64,000 bases of DNA from positions 16,083 through 80,082 of the forward strand of contig JAXDJJ010000035.1 of NCBI GenBank assembly GCA_034665745.1. Direction: 5' to 3'. Both the position numbers and the translations under genes were made by a program. Positions 30,018 to 39,652 of this stretch are shown one piece after another. Below the pieces are notes generated by a model. The model was not told the origin of the DNA, did no database searches, and worked only from the letters and a program-made list of their open reading frames with translations. The stretch comes from Actinomycetota bacterium (lineage in GTDB: Bacteria; Actinomycetota; CADDZG01; WHSQ01). Within the stretch, counting starts at the first letter, position 1. Each line of letters opens with the position of its first letter.

Positions 30018-30593
30018 CTAGGCAAGAATTTCCTCCGCGACCTCTCGCATCGAGCGCCTCTCGTCCATTGCCTTTTTCTGGATATGGCGGAATGCGTCCC
30101 CCTCGGTTAGCCCCTGGGAGTCCATCAAACGGCCCTTCGCCCGATCTATCGCCTTGCGAGATTCGAGCTGCTCGGATTTGTCCTTGACCTCGTTCCTCAC
30201 GGCGGTGAGCTCGGCGTGCCTAGCCAGCGCCACATCGATAGCCGGCATGAGGTCGGACTTCTGGAAGGGCTTGACCAGATACCCCATCGCGCCCGCCTCT
30301 GCAGCCCTCTGAACGAGGTCCTTCTGGGAGAAGGCGGTGAGGATCAGGACGGCGCTGAGGTCGTCTTCGATGATCCGCTCGGCGGCGGTCAGGCCATCCA
30401 TCCCGGGCATCTTGATGTCCATGATGACGAGGTCGGGCCCGTGCTCACGCGCGAGCCGGATGGCGGCTTCCCCATCAGCGGCCTCCGCAACGACATCGAT
30501 GCCCTCTTCCTCGAGCATCTCCTTGAGGTCCAAGCGGATGATCGCTTCGTCCTCTGCGATGAGGATCTTGGGGGCGGGGGTCTCGGGCGTCAA
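30018..30593 (-). CDS. Response regulator with a C-terminal ANTAR RNA-binding domain (PdtaR/AmiR-like)
   Basis: REC domain (ILIAEDEAIIRLDL, DLVIMDIKMPGMDG, KP) followed by an ANTAR segment (LESRKAIDRAKGRLM...EGDAFRHIQKKAMDERRSMREVAEEIL). Confidence 0.9.
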   Translation of the reverse strand: MTPETPAPKILIAEDEAIIRLDLKEMLEEEGIDVVAEAADGEAAIRLAREHGPDLVIMDIKMPGMDGLTAAERIIEDDLSAVLILTAFSQKDLVQRAAEAGAMGYLVKPFQKSDLMPAIDVALARHAELTAVRNEVKDKSEQLESRKAIDRAKGRLMDSQGLTEGDAFRHIQKKAMDERRSMREVAEEILA

Positions 30594-30601
30594 AACGCTG
30601 C

Positions 30602-30892
30602 TTAGACCTTGGACCCGGTGCCGAGCATGCGATCGAGGAGCCGGTCCTGCTCCTTCTGGAGCTCAACGATGTTCTTCTGTGCTTCATCGCGCTGGCGCAC
30701 AAGACGGTCGTGGTCATCGCGGGCGACGCGGAACTCGCGGTCGGCCAAAGGGGTCTCGGCTACTAGGGCACGGGTCTTGGCGTCTTCCATCACGTCCATC
30801 TGGAACAGCAATTGCTCCTCGACGATGCGCAGGTCGTTACGCGCCTTCGTCAGGCGATCGCCGATCTCCGCGAGGCTCTTCTCGATACTCAT
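30602..30892 (-). CDS. Small coiled-coil protein, function unknown
   Basis: 96 aa starting at ATG 30892 (MSIEKSLAEIG...), with heptad-like charged sequence. The longer ORF-track start at 31051 would run through the tRNA-Leu gene. Confidence 0.6.
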   Translation of the reverse strand: MSIEKSLAEIGDRLTKARNDLRIVEEQLLFQMDVMEDAKTRALVAETPLADREFRVARDDHDRLVRQRDEAQKNIVELQKEQDRLLDRMLGTGSKV

Positions 30893-30965
30893 AGGGCCGA
30901 GAAGTATAGGTACTGAAGGGTTCGTGGGGAAGGGTCGCGCTTGCGGGTCGTTATCCTGTTGCTTC

Positions 30966-31050
30966 GCCGGAGTGGCGGAACCTGGCAGACGCGATGGATT
31001 CAAAATCCATTGTCCGCAAGGGCGTGCGGGTTCAAATCCCGCCTCCGGCA
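30966..31050 (+). tRNA. tRNA-Leu (anticodon CAA), class II with a long variable arm; CCA not encoded
   Basis: Acceptor GCCGGAG/CTCCGGC plus discriminator A. Anticodon stem ATGGA/TCCAT with loop TTCAAAA. Long variable arm TGTCCGCAAGGGCGTG. T-arm CGGGTTCAAATCCCG. Confidence 0.95.
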
Positions 31051-31124
31051 CAGAGAGGCCTAACGGCCCACCTGCATCGTCTGAACCCTTGCGCGTCCGG
31101 GCGACCGTACCGGGAGGTAAGTAA

Positions 31125-31154
31125 GGCCCGGCACTTTCGTGCCGGGCCTTTGTT
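31125..31154 (+). terminator. Rho-independent terminator downstream of tRNA-Leu
   Basis: Perfect 10-bp stem ggcccggcac/gtgccgggcc with loop tttc, followed by TTTGTT. Confidence 0.8.
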
Positions 31155-31393
31155 CAAGTTCTCGGTGCGGGCTAGGGGCGAGGCCTCCGGCCCTTCTGGA
31201 TCCTGATCTGTCTCATCTTGCCCTCCCCCGGTTGGGCCTTCAGTGACCCGTTTACTGTTTCACCTATCGGTACGTTTTCCCGCATTTCTTAGTTGAAACA
31301 CATAGCTAATCGTCGTCATAAAGCGCGCAGCCCTGTAATCAGACATAACTAGTCAATCTGGTCTGGACCAGGGCGAACGTTCCGCCCTGTCAC

Positions 31394-32170
31394 CTATATG
31401 ACGTCTAAAGCAGCGCGAAGGTTGCTGACGAAATCCCCCGCCGCTTGCGCTCCCTGATCGAGAACGATGCGCACCACCGCGCTGCCAACCACGACACCAT
31501 CGGCGACCGCGGCTGCTTCAGCGGCTTGCTCGGCGTTCGTGATGCCGATACCGATGAGGACGGGAAGGTCGGTTTCCGCCCGACACGCGGCGACGACCTT
31601 CGCGGCACGCTCGGACAACGACCCGCGCTCGCCGGTTACTCCAAGGGTCGAGACCGCGTAGACGAATCCGGTAGCGGTTGAGACGATCTTCTTGACGCGT
31701 TCGGGGGAAGAGGTTGGGGCGACCAGCGGGATCCACGCCAAGCCGCTCGCCGAAGCGGCGTCGCGCAGCCCTGCCGACTCTTCGATGGGCAGATCCGGGA
31801 CGATGAGTCCCGTGAAACCTGCGTCCGAGAGCCGGGAGCAGAACTCGGACTCACCGAGATGGTGGATCGGGTTGTAGTACGTCATCGCGACCCGCGGCTT
31901 ACCGACCTCGATCTCGCTGGTTATCCGGATGACTTCGAGGGGGCCGATACCTGACGCGATGACGCGCTCCCCCGCGGCCGCGATCACCGGTCCGTCCATC
32001 AAGGGGTCGCTATACGGAAGGCCGACCTCGACCACATCAGCGTGTTCCTCGATCGCGCGCAACGCGTCCGGGTACGACAAGCGATCCGGGATCGCTCCCA
32101 TCAGGTAAGGCACCAAGAGCTTCCGTCCAGACGAACGCGCCGCTGTCAGCTTGTCGAGGAGGTCGGTCAC
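31394..32170 (-). CDS. trpA: Tryptophan synthase alpha chain
   Basis: 258 aa. [35 protein letters not shown]. Confidence 0.95.
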   Translation of the reverse strand: MTDLLDKLTAARSSGRKLLVPYLMGAIPDRLSYPDALRAIEEHADVVEVGLPYSDPLMDGPVIAAAGERVIASGIGPLEVIRITSEIEVGKPRVAMTYYNPIHHLGESEFCSRLSDAGFTGLIVPDLPIEESAGLRDAASASGLAWIPLVAPTSSPERVKKIVSTATGFVYAVSTLGVTGERGSLSERAAKVVAACRAETDLPVLIGIGITNAEQAAEAAAVADGVVVGSAVVRIVLDQGAQAAGDFVSNLRAALDVI

Positions 32171-33336
32171 TCGTCCAGCGCCTCGGCAACCGTGGCGACG
32201 TCTTTGTCTCCGCGTCCGGAAAGGCCGACGAGGATCAACTCGTCCCCGTCACGCTCGAGTACATGCGCCAAGGCATGGGACGGTTCGAGCGCAGGGATGA
32301 TCCCTTCGGTTTCCGCGAGAACGTGGAACGCGCCGAGAGCTTGTGCATCGCCGATGGCCACGTACTCAGCGCGCTTGCTCGCCGCGAGCCACGCGTGCTC
32401 GGGTCCAACGCCTGGATAATCCAGTCCTGCCGAGATCGAGTGTGCTTCGGCGATCAGTCCCTCGTCGTCCTGCAGCAACATGCTGCGCGCACCATGCAGG
32501 ATCCCCGGTGAGCCCTTCGTGATCGACGCCCCGTGTCTCCGATCGAGACCCTCACCCGCGGCCTCGACCCCGACGAGCTTCACCTCGGAGTCACGGTAGA
32601 ACGCACGGAACAAGCCCAGCGCGTTGGAACCACCACCGACACACGCGATGACCGCGTCCGGCAAACGTCCGGTTGCCTCGAGGAACTGGGCTCTTGCCTC
32701 GTCACCGATGACGGACTGCAAAGATGCGACAAGCTCGGGATAGGGATGGGGTCCGACCACGGATCCGATCACGTAGTGGGTGTTTTCGACGTTCGTCACC
32801 CAGTCGCGCAAGGCTTCGTTGATCGCGTCCTTCAAAGTTGCAGACCCCGCTTCGACAGGAACGACGTCGGCGCCGAGCATCCTCATCCGCACGACGTTCA
32901 GGTGCTGCCTACGAACATCGACCGCGCCCATGTAAACCACGCACGGCAGTCCGAAGTAGGCACACGCCGTTGCCGTTGCTACACCGTGCTGCCCGGCCCC
33001 AGTCTCGGCGATGATCCGCGTCTTCCCCATCTGCTTTGCCAACAGCACCTGGCCGACGGTGTTATTGACCTTGTGAGCTCCGGTGTGAGCGAGGTCTTCG
33101 CGCTTGAGGAAAACGCGCTTGCCGGCCCGCTCTGAGAAGCGGACCGCTTCGTACAAGGGCGTGGGCCGGCCGACGACTTCCTTGAGCAACTTCGAAAGCT
33201 CAGCCTGGAAGTCAGAATCCTCCCGCGCCGTCTCCCATGCGCGCTCGAGTTCGTCCAACGCACCCATCAATGCCTCGGGCACGTACCGGCCCCCGAACTC
33301 TCCGAAGCGCCCGGATGCGTCCGGAACGGTACTCAT
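32167..33336 (-). CDS. trpB: Tryptophan synthase beta chain
   Basis: 389 aa. [16 protein letters not shown]-lysine region [15 protein letters not shown]. Confidence 0.97.
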   Translation of the reverse strand: MSTVPDASGRFGEFGGRYVPEALMGALDELERAWETAREDSDFQAELSKLLKEVVGRPTPLYEAVRFSERAGKRVFLKREDLAHTGAHKVNNTVGQVLLAKQMGKTRIIAETGAGQHGVATATACAYFGLPCVVYMGAVDVRRQHLNVVRMRMLGADVVPVEAGSATLKDAINEALRDWVTNVENTHYVIGSVVGPHPYPELVASLQSVIGDEARAQFLEATGRLPDAVIACVGGGSNALGLFRAFYRDSEVKLVGVEAAGEGLDRRHGASITKGSPGILHGARSMLLQDDEGLIAEAHSISAGLDYPGVGPEHAWLAASKRAEYVAIGDAQALGAFHVLAETEGIIPALEPSHALAHVLERDGDELILVGLSGRGDKDVATVAEALDE

Positions 33337-34106
33337 CGCAGACCTCTGAGCTCACGTAGCTTGGCGACCGGGTCCTGAGCCGTAACCAACGCCTCACCTA
33401 CGAGCACCGCATGCGCTCCGGCTGCCGCCATGGCTTCAACGTCGGCCCTGGTCTCAACCCCGGAAAGTCCGACGATGACAACACCATCCGGTACCTGCGG
33501 AGCAAGTTTCGCGGTCCGTTCCGGGTCCACTTCGAAGGTTTCGAGGTCCCTGTGGTTGATGCCGATCACGTCCGCTCCAACCTCGAGAGCACGATCGAGG
33601 TCGGACTCGTCGAACACCTCGACCAACGCGTCCATCCCTAGTGCCCTCGTGGCCGCGAACAATGCACCCAACTCGGCCCCCACCGCCCGGACGATCAGCA
33701 GCACCGCGTCGGCGCCTTCAGCGCGGGACTCGAGTATCTGGAAAGGGTCCACGATGAACTCCTTCCTAAGAACCGGAAGGCCCGCGGGGATCACCGCGTG
33801 CAGGTCATCGAGGGAGCCCTTGAAGCCGCTCGGTTCGGTAAGGACCGAGATCGCGGCCGCTCCACCCTCTGCGTAGCTGCGGGACAGGACGGCTGCGTCT
33901 AGGCCTTCGTTCAAGGGTCCCTTGGAAGGAGAGGCTCTCTTGACCTCCGCGATCACGGCTGTGTCGGGCCCGGTAAGAGATGTCCGGAAGCCCCGAGGTT
34001 TCGCAACGGATGAGATCCGCTGCTCGAGCGCCTCTTCAGTGACCTTGGCGCGGGTCTCTTCGAGACGTGCCCGGGTGGAGCTCAGAAGCTCTTCTAGGTA
34101 ACCCAC
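33333..34106 (-). CDS. trpC: Indole-3-glycerol-phosphate synthase
   Basis: 257 aa. [34 protein letters not shown]. Confidence 0.95.
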   Translation of the reverse strand: MGYLEELLSSTRARLEETRAKVTEEALEQRISSVAKPRGFRTSLTGPDTAVIAEVKRASPSKGPLNEGLDAAVLSRSYAEGGAAAISVLTEPSGFKGSLDDLHAVIPAGLPVLRKEFIVDPFQILESRAEGADAVLLIVRAVGAELGALFAATRALGMDALVEVFDESDLDRALEVGADVIGINHRDLETFEVDPERTAKLAPQVPDGVVIVGLSGVETRADVEAMAAAGAHAVLVGEALVTAQDPVAKLRELRGLR

Positions 34107-34115
34107 CGACCGACC

Positions 34116-34877
34116 CTAACTTTGGCTACCAAGGAGAAAATCGAACAAGCCCCTACCCAACTCCTCGATGTCCCCACCGATGAAGGTGAGTTGGAACCCC
34201 GCGTCCGTGATCGCGCTGTTGTGCATGTCGATGTCCCGGCACTCGGTCTCCGTGAAAGTTGTCGCCATACCCATGTTGGCCTCGCCCTGGCAGGCGCCAA
34301 CCGTGTAGAAGTTTGTCTGGCTCCCGAGAGCGGAACTGAACAGCAAGACAGAGGGATCGATCCCTTCGTCCAGCATGAATTGGGCCAGGCGCCTCGTGCC
34401 CCGTGACTCTGCCGTCTCCGCGCCGAGGGCGGCAAAGGCCACCGAATGCTCCGGATCGGCGACGGTGATAGCCCGAGCAACCTCGAGGAACAATCCAAGT
34501 TCTCTTCCTCGCTGCGGACGTCCGTTTGGCTGCGTGTCATATGAGATCGCAAGCAGGAACTCTGGGTCTGACCCGTTCGGGGGAAGAGCAACGACGTTCG
34601 TCGAGTCAACCGTGTCTGCCACAGGGACGCTGTCAAGCCTCGGAGAGAAACCGGCAAGTTGGAGATGCCCAAGGATGTAGCTGGCGGCGGCGAGTTCGTG
34701 CTGGGACCCTGGGGGGCGATCGGGAAGGTCGACATCGAACTGCTCCGCGTGTTGGCGAACGAGCTCGAACTGGACCTCAGGAGGACCGGAGGGCGATGCC
34801 GCAGGCACGACCTGCCCGCCAGGCGAGCAAGCTGCAAGAAGCAACGCGACTGCTGTCAGATATCTGCGCATGCCCAC
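34116..34877 (-). CDS. Secreted lipoprotein of unknown function
   Basis: Lipobox LLAAC after MGMRRYLTAVA. Weak resemblance to an M28-peptidase-like layout, but no clear metal ligands are visible. An alternative frame (34094..34837) has no signal peptide and is Arg/Ser-rich. Confidence 0.65.
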   Translation of the reverse strand: MGMRRYLTAVALLLAACSPGGQVVPAASPSGPPEVQFELVRQHAEQFDVDLPDRPPGSQHELAAASYILGHLQLAGFSPRLDSVPVADTVDSTNVVALPPNGSDPEFLLAISYDTQPNGRPQRGRELGLFLEVARAITVADPEHSVAFAALGAETAESRGTRRLAQFMLDEGIDPSVLLFSSALGSQTNFYTVGACQGEANMGMATTFTETECRDIDMHNSAITDAGFQLTFIGGDIEELGRGLFDFLLGSQS

Positions 34878-34892
34878 TTAGTATCAGCGCAC

Positions 34893-35156
34893 ATGACCGA
34901 CGATCGACCTATCGCATGGCTCGCACTCGAATCTGGAACCCCCATCGTGAGCTCGGATGGGGAACAGATCGGCAAGGTTGGTGACGTCATCGCGGACCGT
35001 GAGAAGGACATCTTCTCCGGGATCACATTCAAGCCGGGTTTACTTGACGGTGCGGTCTTCGTGCCTGCCGATCGGATCGAAGAGCTGACCAGTACCGAGG
35101 TCAAACTGTCGATCTCAGCCGCCGACGCAGCCACCCTCGAGCCCTACGACTCCTAG
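34893..35156 (+). CDS. PRC-barrel-like small protein
   Basis: 87 aa from ATG 34893 (MTDDRPIAWLALESGTPIVSSDGEQIGKVGDVIAD...), the typical PRC-barrel pattern. The upstream part of the ORF-track call is Arg/Cys-rich and antisense to the lipoprotein gene. Confidence 0.65.
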   Translation: MTDDRPIAWLALESGTPIVSSDGEQIGKVGDVIADREKDIFSGITFKPGLLDGAVFVPADRIEELTSTEVKLSISAADAATLEPYDS

Positions 35157-36643
35157 CTGGAGTTCGCGGCCCCCACGGCGCGGAACGCGGCCTCGACCTT
35201 CCTCCTCGTCTCCATCGATTCGCCTTCCGGCGACGAATCCGCGACCACACCGGCGCCTGCCTGTACGTATGCCTTGCCTCCGGTCGCAACGATCGTGCGG
35301 ATCGTGATGCAGGTATCCACGTTTCCCGAGAAATCGAAGTAGCCAACGACTCCACCGTAGGGCCCGCGCTTGGTGGTTTCCATCGAATCGATGATCTCCA
35401 TCGCACGCACCTTGGGGGCTCCCGTCAAGGTCCCGGCCGGGAACGACGCCGTGAACGCGTCGAACGCGGTGTGGTCGGACCGCAACTTGCCTGTGACGTG
35501 CGACACGATGTGCATCACGTGCGAATAGCGCTCGACGACCATCAGCTCTTCGACCTGGACAGACCCATACTCGGCAACCCTGCCGATGTCGTTGCGAGCG
35601 AGGTCGACCAACATGACGTGTTCGGCACGTTCCTTCTCGTCGCTCATGAACTCTTGTTCGATGGCTCGATCCTCTGCTTCCGTAGCGCCTCTCTCGCGGG
35701 TGCCGGCGATAGGGCGCATCTCGATGCGATCCCCTGTCACGCGGATCTGCGACTCGGGCGACGAGCCGGCGATCTCGAACGCAGGATCCGTGCCCGCCGC
35801 TTCGAAACGGAAGAAGTACATGTAAGGACTCGGGTTAAGGGTCCGAAGGACGCGATATGCATCGAACGCGGAGCCGGTCAGCTCCGTCTCGAAACGCCGC
35901 GAGGGCACGATCTGGAACGCGTCGCCGGCAAAGATGTGCTCCCGGCACTGCTCGACCCACCCTCCGTAGGTCTCTTCGGACACCGGTGAGCGATAGGTGG
36001 AGGGCTCGTCGGTCTCGAGTTCGCTAGAAGGAGCGGATAGAGACGAGCCGAGGTCGTCGACCAACCCATCGCACCTGCGGCATGCGTCGTCGTAGGCCGC
36101 CTCGAGATCTCCCCTGATCGGCACGTTCGTGATGACGAAGGCTCGTTGCGTGAAGTGGTCGAAGACGACGAAGGTCCTTGTGAGCAACAGGACCATGTCG
36201 GGAAGCCCGAGGGCGTCGGATGGCACGTTTGGAAGCTGCTCTAGCTCTCGCACGCAGTCGTAACCGATGTAGCCAACCGCGCCTCCGTGAAGAGGCGGCA
36301 GACCTTCGAGCCGCGGCGCATCGCACGACTCGAGCAGCCGGCGGACGTATGCCAAAGGAGCTTCATCGGGCTCTGGAGATACCGGCGGATCGCCCTCGGT
36401 CCACACACGGCCGTCCTTCGCTTTGATGGTGGCGAAGGAGTCCCCACCGAGGAATGAATAGCGCGACCAACGTTCCCCTCCCTCGACGCTTTCGAGCAGG
36501 AACGCATTCGGAGAAGGCGCTACCCGCAGGAATGCGGCCACCGGGGTCTGCACATCAGCAAGGACCTCGCGCCACACAGGTACCACGTTGTGGTCTCGAG
36601 CGAGAGAACGGAACTCTTCTTTGTCCGGCTTGTGAACGGTCAC
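35153..36643 (-). CDS. trpE: Anthranilate synthase component I
   Basis: 496 aa. LLESVEGGE near the N-terminus and the chorismate-binding C-terminal domain (GTLTGAPKVRAMEII, GPYGGVVGY). Confidence 0.96.
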   Translation of the reverse strand: MTVHKPDKEEFRSLARDHNVVPVWREVLADVQTPVAAFLRVAPSPNAFLLESVEGGERWSRYSFLGGDSFATIKAKDGRVWTEGDPPVSPEPDEAPLAYVRRLLESCDAPRLEGLPPLHGGAVGYIGYDCVRELEQLPNVPSDALGLPDMVLLLTRTFVVFDHFTQRAFVITNVPIRGDLEAAYDDACRRCDGLVDDLGSSLSAPSSELETDEPSTYRSPVSEETYGGWVEQCREHIFAGDAFQIVPSRRFETELTGSAFDAYRVLRTLNPSPYMYFFRFEAAGTDPAFEIAGSSPESQIRVTGDRIEMRPIAGTRERGATEAEDRAIEQEFMSDEKERAEHVMLVDLARNDIGRVAEYGSVQVEELMVVERYSHVMHIVSHVTGKLRSDHTAFDAFTASFPAGTLTGAPKVRAMEIIDSMETTKRGPYGGVVGYFDFSGNVDTCITIRTIVATGGKAYVQAGAGVVADSSPEGESMETRRKVEAAFRAVGAANSS

Positions 36644-36655
36644 GATCGAAGACGG

Positions 36656-36973
36656 TTATTCGAGTGTTCGGTAGAAGCAACTGTTGGCGCCGGTGTGACA
36701 GGCAGGACCCTGCGGCTCGACGCGCATCAATAGGGCGTCGGCGTCACAGTCGTAGCGGAGCTCGACTAGGTTCTGCGTGTTTCCCGAAGTCGCCCCCTTG
36801 TTCCAGTACTCCTGGCGAGAGCGGCTCCAGAACCACGTGGTCTTCGATTCGAGTGTCCGTCGCACGGCTTCGGCGTTGACCCACGCCAACATCAGGACTT
36901 CCCCCGTGTTGGCGTCCTGGACGATTGCGGGCGCGAGCCCACGGTCGTCGTAGGTGAGCTCGTCCGGAGTCAC
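36656..36973 (-). CDS. hisI: Phosphoribosyl-AMP cyclohydrolase
   Basis: 105 aa from GTG 36973, overlapping the TAG of the upstream gene by 1 nt. [29 protein letters not shown]. Confidence 0.9.
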   Translation of the reverse strand: MTPDELTYDDRGLAPAIVQDANTGEVLMLAWVNAEAVRRTLESKTTWFWSRSRQEYWNKGATSGNTQNLVELRYDCDADALLMRVEPQGPACHTGANSCFYRTLE

Positions 36974-38115
36974 TAAGGTTCTAGGTCGTACGGAAACGGA
37001 TCGGTGATGTGCTCGACGCCCTTGTCGGTGACCAAGATCGTGTCTTCCAACCGGACCCCTCCGATGCCGCGCACGTACAGTCCCGGTTCGACCGCGACCA
37101 CATCCCCTTCTTGCAGCACGTCGGCCCTTCGGCCCAGGTAGGGGCGCTCGTGTACCTCGAGGCCGACGCCATGACCGAGCGCGTGCGTGAAACCTTCCTT
37201 GACGGCACCTTCGCCGGTGTGGTGTGCCTGCGTGCCGAAGCCTTGAGAGTGGAAGTACTCGGACACCGTGTTGTGGGGGCCGGGTTCGCCGGGCTTGATC
37301 GACTCGAACGCCAGCTCGAGCGCGGTGCGTACGTGCTTGTGCAGACTCTTGAGGTCCTCCGAAGCTTGTCCTGCCACGAAGGTCCTGGTCATGTCGGTGT
37401 ACACCCCTGTTCGCCGATCGCGCGGGAAGCAGTCGATGAGCACGGAGCGATCGGGAGCGATCGGGCCAGATCCAAGAAGGTGTCCGTCGAGACATGCATC
37501 TCCGGACTGGACGAGGATCTCCTCACTCTCGGCCCCCTGCGACAGAAGGGCAGCCGACATCGACTCGCGGATCCATTCCGACGTGAGGATCTCGCCCTCA
37601 TAGCGGAGACGGTCCCCGCTGGTCGGCTCGGCCTCGCGCAGCATGCGAGCCGCCGTGAGCATCGCTGTCTCGACCGCTCGCTGGGCGCGCTCGAGGCCCT
37701 CGATCTCCCAGGGAGTCTTACGCCTCCGCCGCTCGACCCACACATCTGTGTTCACGACCACCTCGACCCCATTCGCCCGCAGGTGGTCGGCACTGTGAAG
37801 TTGGAACGTCGGTGGGACGACGACCGAGGAGACGGACAGCTTCTTGAGTGCCCTCAGGGTGAGCTCGGTCTCTAGCAGGTCACGAGGGAAGGCCTCATCC
37901 CTGACCAGTTCCTCGATGCCGAGCGAGCTGAACGTCCAGTACTCGTCGACGACGTCTTCTCGAGACGAGAACGTTGCTGCCTCGAGGTCGCTCCCAACGA
38001 GGATCCGTTTTCCGTCGTGCTCGATGAAAGCGACGGAGTCCCCGACCGGCTCGCCGATCTCGTGACGAAGCTCGAAGCTCCGCAAGGCGTTGTCGTGCAA
38101 CAGATAGGTAGTCAT
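36973..38115 (-). CDS. M24-family Xaa-Pro peptidase (aminopeptidase P/prolidase-like)
   Basis: 380 aa. Pita-bread C-terminal domain with metal ligands in context (DCF..., [24 protein letters not shown]). Confidence 0.88.
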   Translation of the reverse strand: MTTYLLHDNALRSFELRHEIGEPVGDSVAFIEHDGKRILVGSDLEAATFSSREDVVDEYWTFSSLGIEELVRDEAFPRDLLETELTLRALKKLSVSSVVVPPTFQLHSADHLRANGVEVVVNTDVWVERRRRKTPWEIEGLERAQRAVETAMLTAARMLREAEPTSGDRLRYEGEILTSEWIRESMSAALLSQGAESEEILVQSGDACLDGHLLGSGPIAPDRSVLIDCFPRDRRTGVYTDMTRTFVAGQASEDLKSLHKHVRTALELAFESIKPGEPGPHNTVSEYFHSQGFGTQAHHTGEGAVKEGFTHALGHGVGLEVHERPYLGRRADVLQEGDVVAVEPGLYVRGIGGVRLEDTILVTDKGVEHITDPFPYDLEP

Positions 38116-38897
38116 GGGCGCGGAATCCTAACGGGGAGGTTGCGCGCGGCCATCGCACGCTTAGCTTCTGATACCGAGAATCGCCCGAAATGAAACACGG
38201 AGGCGGCTAATGCAGCGACTGCTGCACCGAACGCTGGATCGACCGCATCTGCGAGATGGTCTGGTGTACCTGCCCCTCCCGAAGCGATAAGGGGAACGGT
38301 GACCGCATCCGAGACGGCGCGGGTGAGTTCGATGTCGTAGCCGTCGGTCGTCCCATCCCTATCCATCGACGTCAACAGGATCTCGCCGGCCCCCATCTCA
38401 GTGACCATCTGCGCCCAGCGGATCACGTCCATCCCCGTCGGAACCCGGCCCCCCTCGACGAATACCTCCCACGACACTTCGCCGCACGAGATCTCTCTGC
38501 GGCGGGCATCGATCGCGACGACGATCGCTTGAGCTCCGAATTCATCCGACGCATCGCGAACGAGCCTCGGGTTTCCGACCGCAGCTGTATTGATCGCAAC
38601 CTTGTCCGCACCGGCGCGCAGTAGGCGTTTGACGTCGGCGACGGTGCGCACCCCGCCGCCTATCGTCAACGGGATGAAGACCGTCTCGGCGGTCCGGGCA
38701 GCAACGTCCAAGATGATGTCCCTGTCATCGCTCGACGCGGTGATGTCGAGAAACACGAGCTCGTCGGCTCCCTCGAAGTTGTAACGGGCCGCCAACTCGA
38801 CGGGGTCACCTGCATCCTTGATATCGACGAATCGAACACCCTTGACGACGCGACCCTTATCGACGTCCAAACACGGGATGACTCGCTTCGCCAGCAT
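38112..38897 (-). CDS. hisF: Imidazole glycerol phosphate synthase, cyclase subunit
   Basis: [16 protein letters not shown], and ASGGAG at the C-terminal phosphate site. Confidence 0.96.
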   Translation of the reverse strand: MLAKRVIPCLDVDKGRVVKGVRFVDIKDAGDPVELAARYNFEGADELVFLDITASSDDRDIILDVAARTAETVFIPLTIGGGVRTVADVKRLLRAGADKVAINTAAVGNPRLVRDASDEFGAQAIVVAIDARRREISCGEVSWEVFVEGGRVPTGMDVIRWAQMVTEMGAGEILLTSMDRDGTTDGYDIELTRAVSDAVTVPLIASGGAGTPDHLADAVDPAFGAAVAALAASVFHFGRFSVSEAKRAMAARNLPVRIPRP

Positions 38898-38899
38898 CG

Positions 38900-39652
38900 C
38901 TACTCGAGGTTCGCGCCGCGCAATCCATCCGCAGCGAAGTTGGCTTGCCCGATGGTGAACTTGCCTTCGTACAGAGCGCGGCCCACGATCACTCCGCTGA
39001 CTCCGTCATTCTGCAGTGCAGCGATCGTGCGGACATCATCAAGGGACGCAACACCCCCCGAAGCCACAACCGGTACATCGGTGAGCTCTGTCAGACGCTG
39101 TAGGCCTTCGACATCGGGCCCCGTCATCGCGCCGTCGCGGGAGACATCCGTGTAGATGAATAGGGATACCCCGGCCTCTGCGAAGGCCTTCACCGCATCC
39201 TCGACCGGAACCCCCGAACCGACCGTCCATCCGTGGGTTGCCAACTCGCCCGACCTGGCGTCGAGCGACACGGCGATCCGCTCTCCATATCTCTTGCACG
39301 CGCGCGCCATCTCGTCCGGGTCTTCCAGAGCGACGGTTCCGAGCACCGCCCGGTTCGCCCCGGCGGCGATGATCTCTTCGACGTCGTCAAGGCTGCGTAG
39401 ACCACCTCCGGCCTGGACCGGACAAGAGGCACGCTTGACGACCTCGAGCACGAGCTCGCGGTTCGCGCGGATACCGGTTTTCGCACCGTCCAGATCGACG
39501 ATGTGCAGCCAACGGGCGCCCGCCGACGCAAGCCCAAGAGCAACTTTGACGGGGTCGTCGGAATAGACCGTCTCGCTTCCGAACCGCCCTTGGAGAAGCC
39601 TGACGCAGCGGCCGTCCGAGATATCGACCGCGGGATAAACCGTGAACTTCAT
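38900..39652 (-). CDS. hisA: ProFAR isomerase HisA (possibly bifunctional PriA type)
   Basis: [36 protein letters not shown]. PriA dual function is inferred only from the actinobacterial context. Confidence 0.93.
   Translation of the reverse strand: MKFTVYPAVDISDGRCVRLLQGRFGSETVYSDDPVKVALGLASAGARWLHIVDLDGAKTGIRANRELVLEVVKRASCPVQAGGGLRSLDDVEEIIAAGANRAVLGTVALEDPDEMARACKRYGERIAVSLDARSGELATHGWTVGSGVPVEDAVKAFAEAGVSLFIYTDVSRDGAMTGPDVEGLQRLTELTDVPVVASGGVASLDDVRTIAALQNDGVSGVIVGRALYEGKFTIGQANFAADGLRGANLE

Noticed and set aside
27249-30187. Long + strand ORFs (27249..28622, 457 aa; 28883..30187, 434 aa) antisense to the two binding-protein genes.
   Set aside because: They are Arg/Gly/Asp/Val-rich with no recognisable motifs, and they mirror clearly real minus-strand genes. 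These are typical shadow ORFs of high-GC DNA.
30893-31051. Extension of the coiled-coil ORF to the start at 31051.
   Set aside because: The extension would run antisense through the tRNA-Leu gene. The internal ATG 30892 gives a coherent 96-aa coiled-coil protein.
30966-31393. Integrated mobile element at tRNA-Leu.
   Set aside because: There is no integrase, no phage or IS genes, and no duplicated copy of the tRNA 3' end downstream. Only a short A/T-richer spacer is present, and that is reported as a low-interest finding.
34094-34837. Alternative 247-aa minus-strand frame overlapping the lipoprotein gene.
   Set aside because: It is Ser/Arg-rich with no signal peptide or motifs. The 34116..34877 frame has a clean lipobox and more protein-like composition.
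36974-37495. Extension of hisI to the 279-aa ORF.
   Set aside because: The upstream 174 aa are Arg/Gly/Pro-rich and overlap the M24 peptidase out of frame. HisI homology starts at the GTG at 36973.
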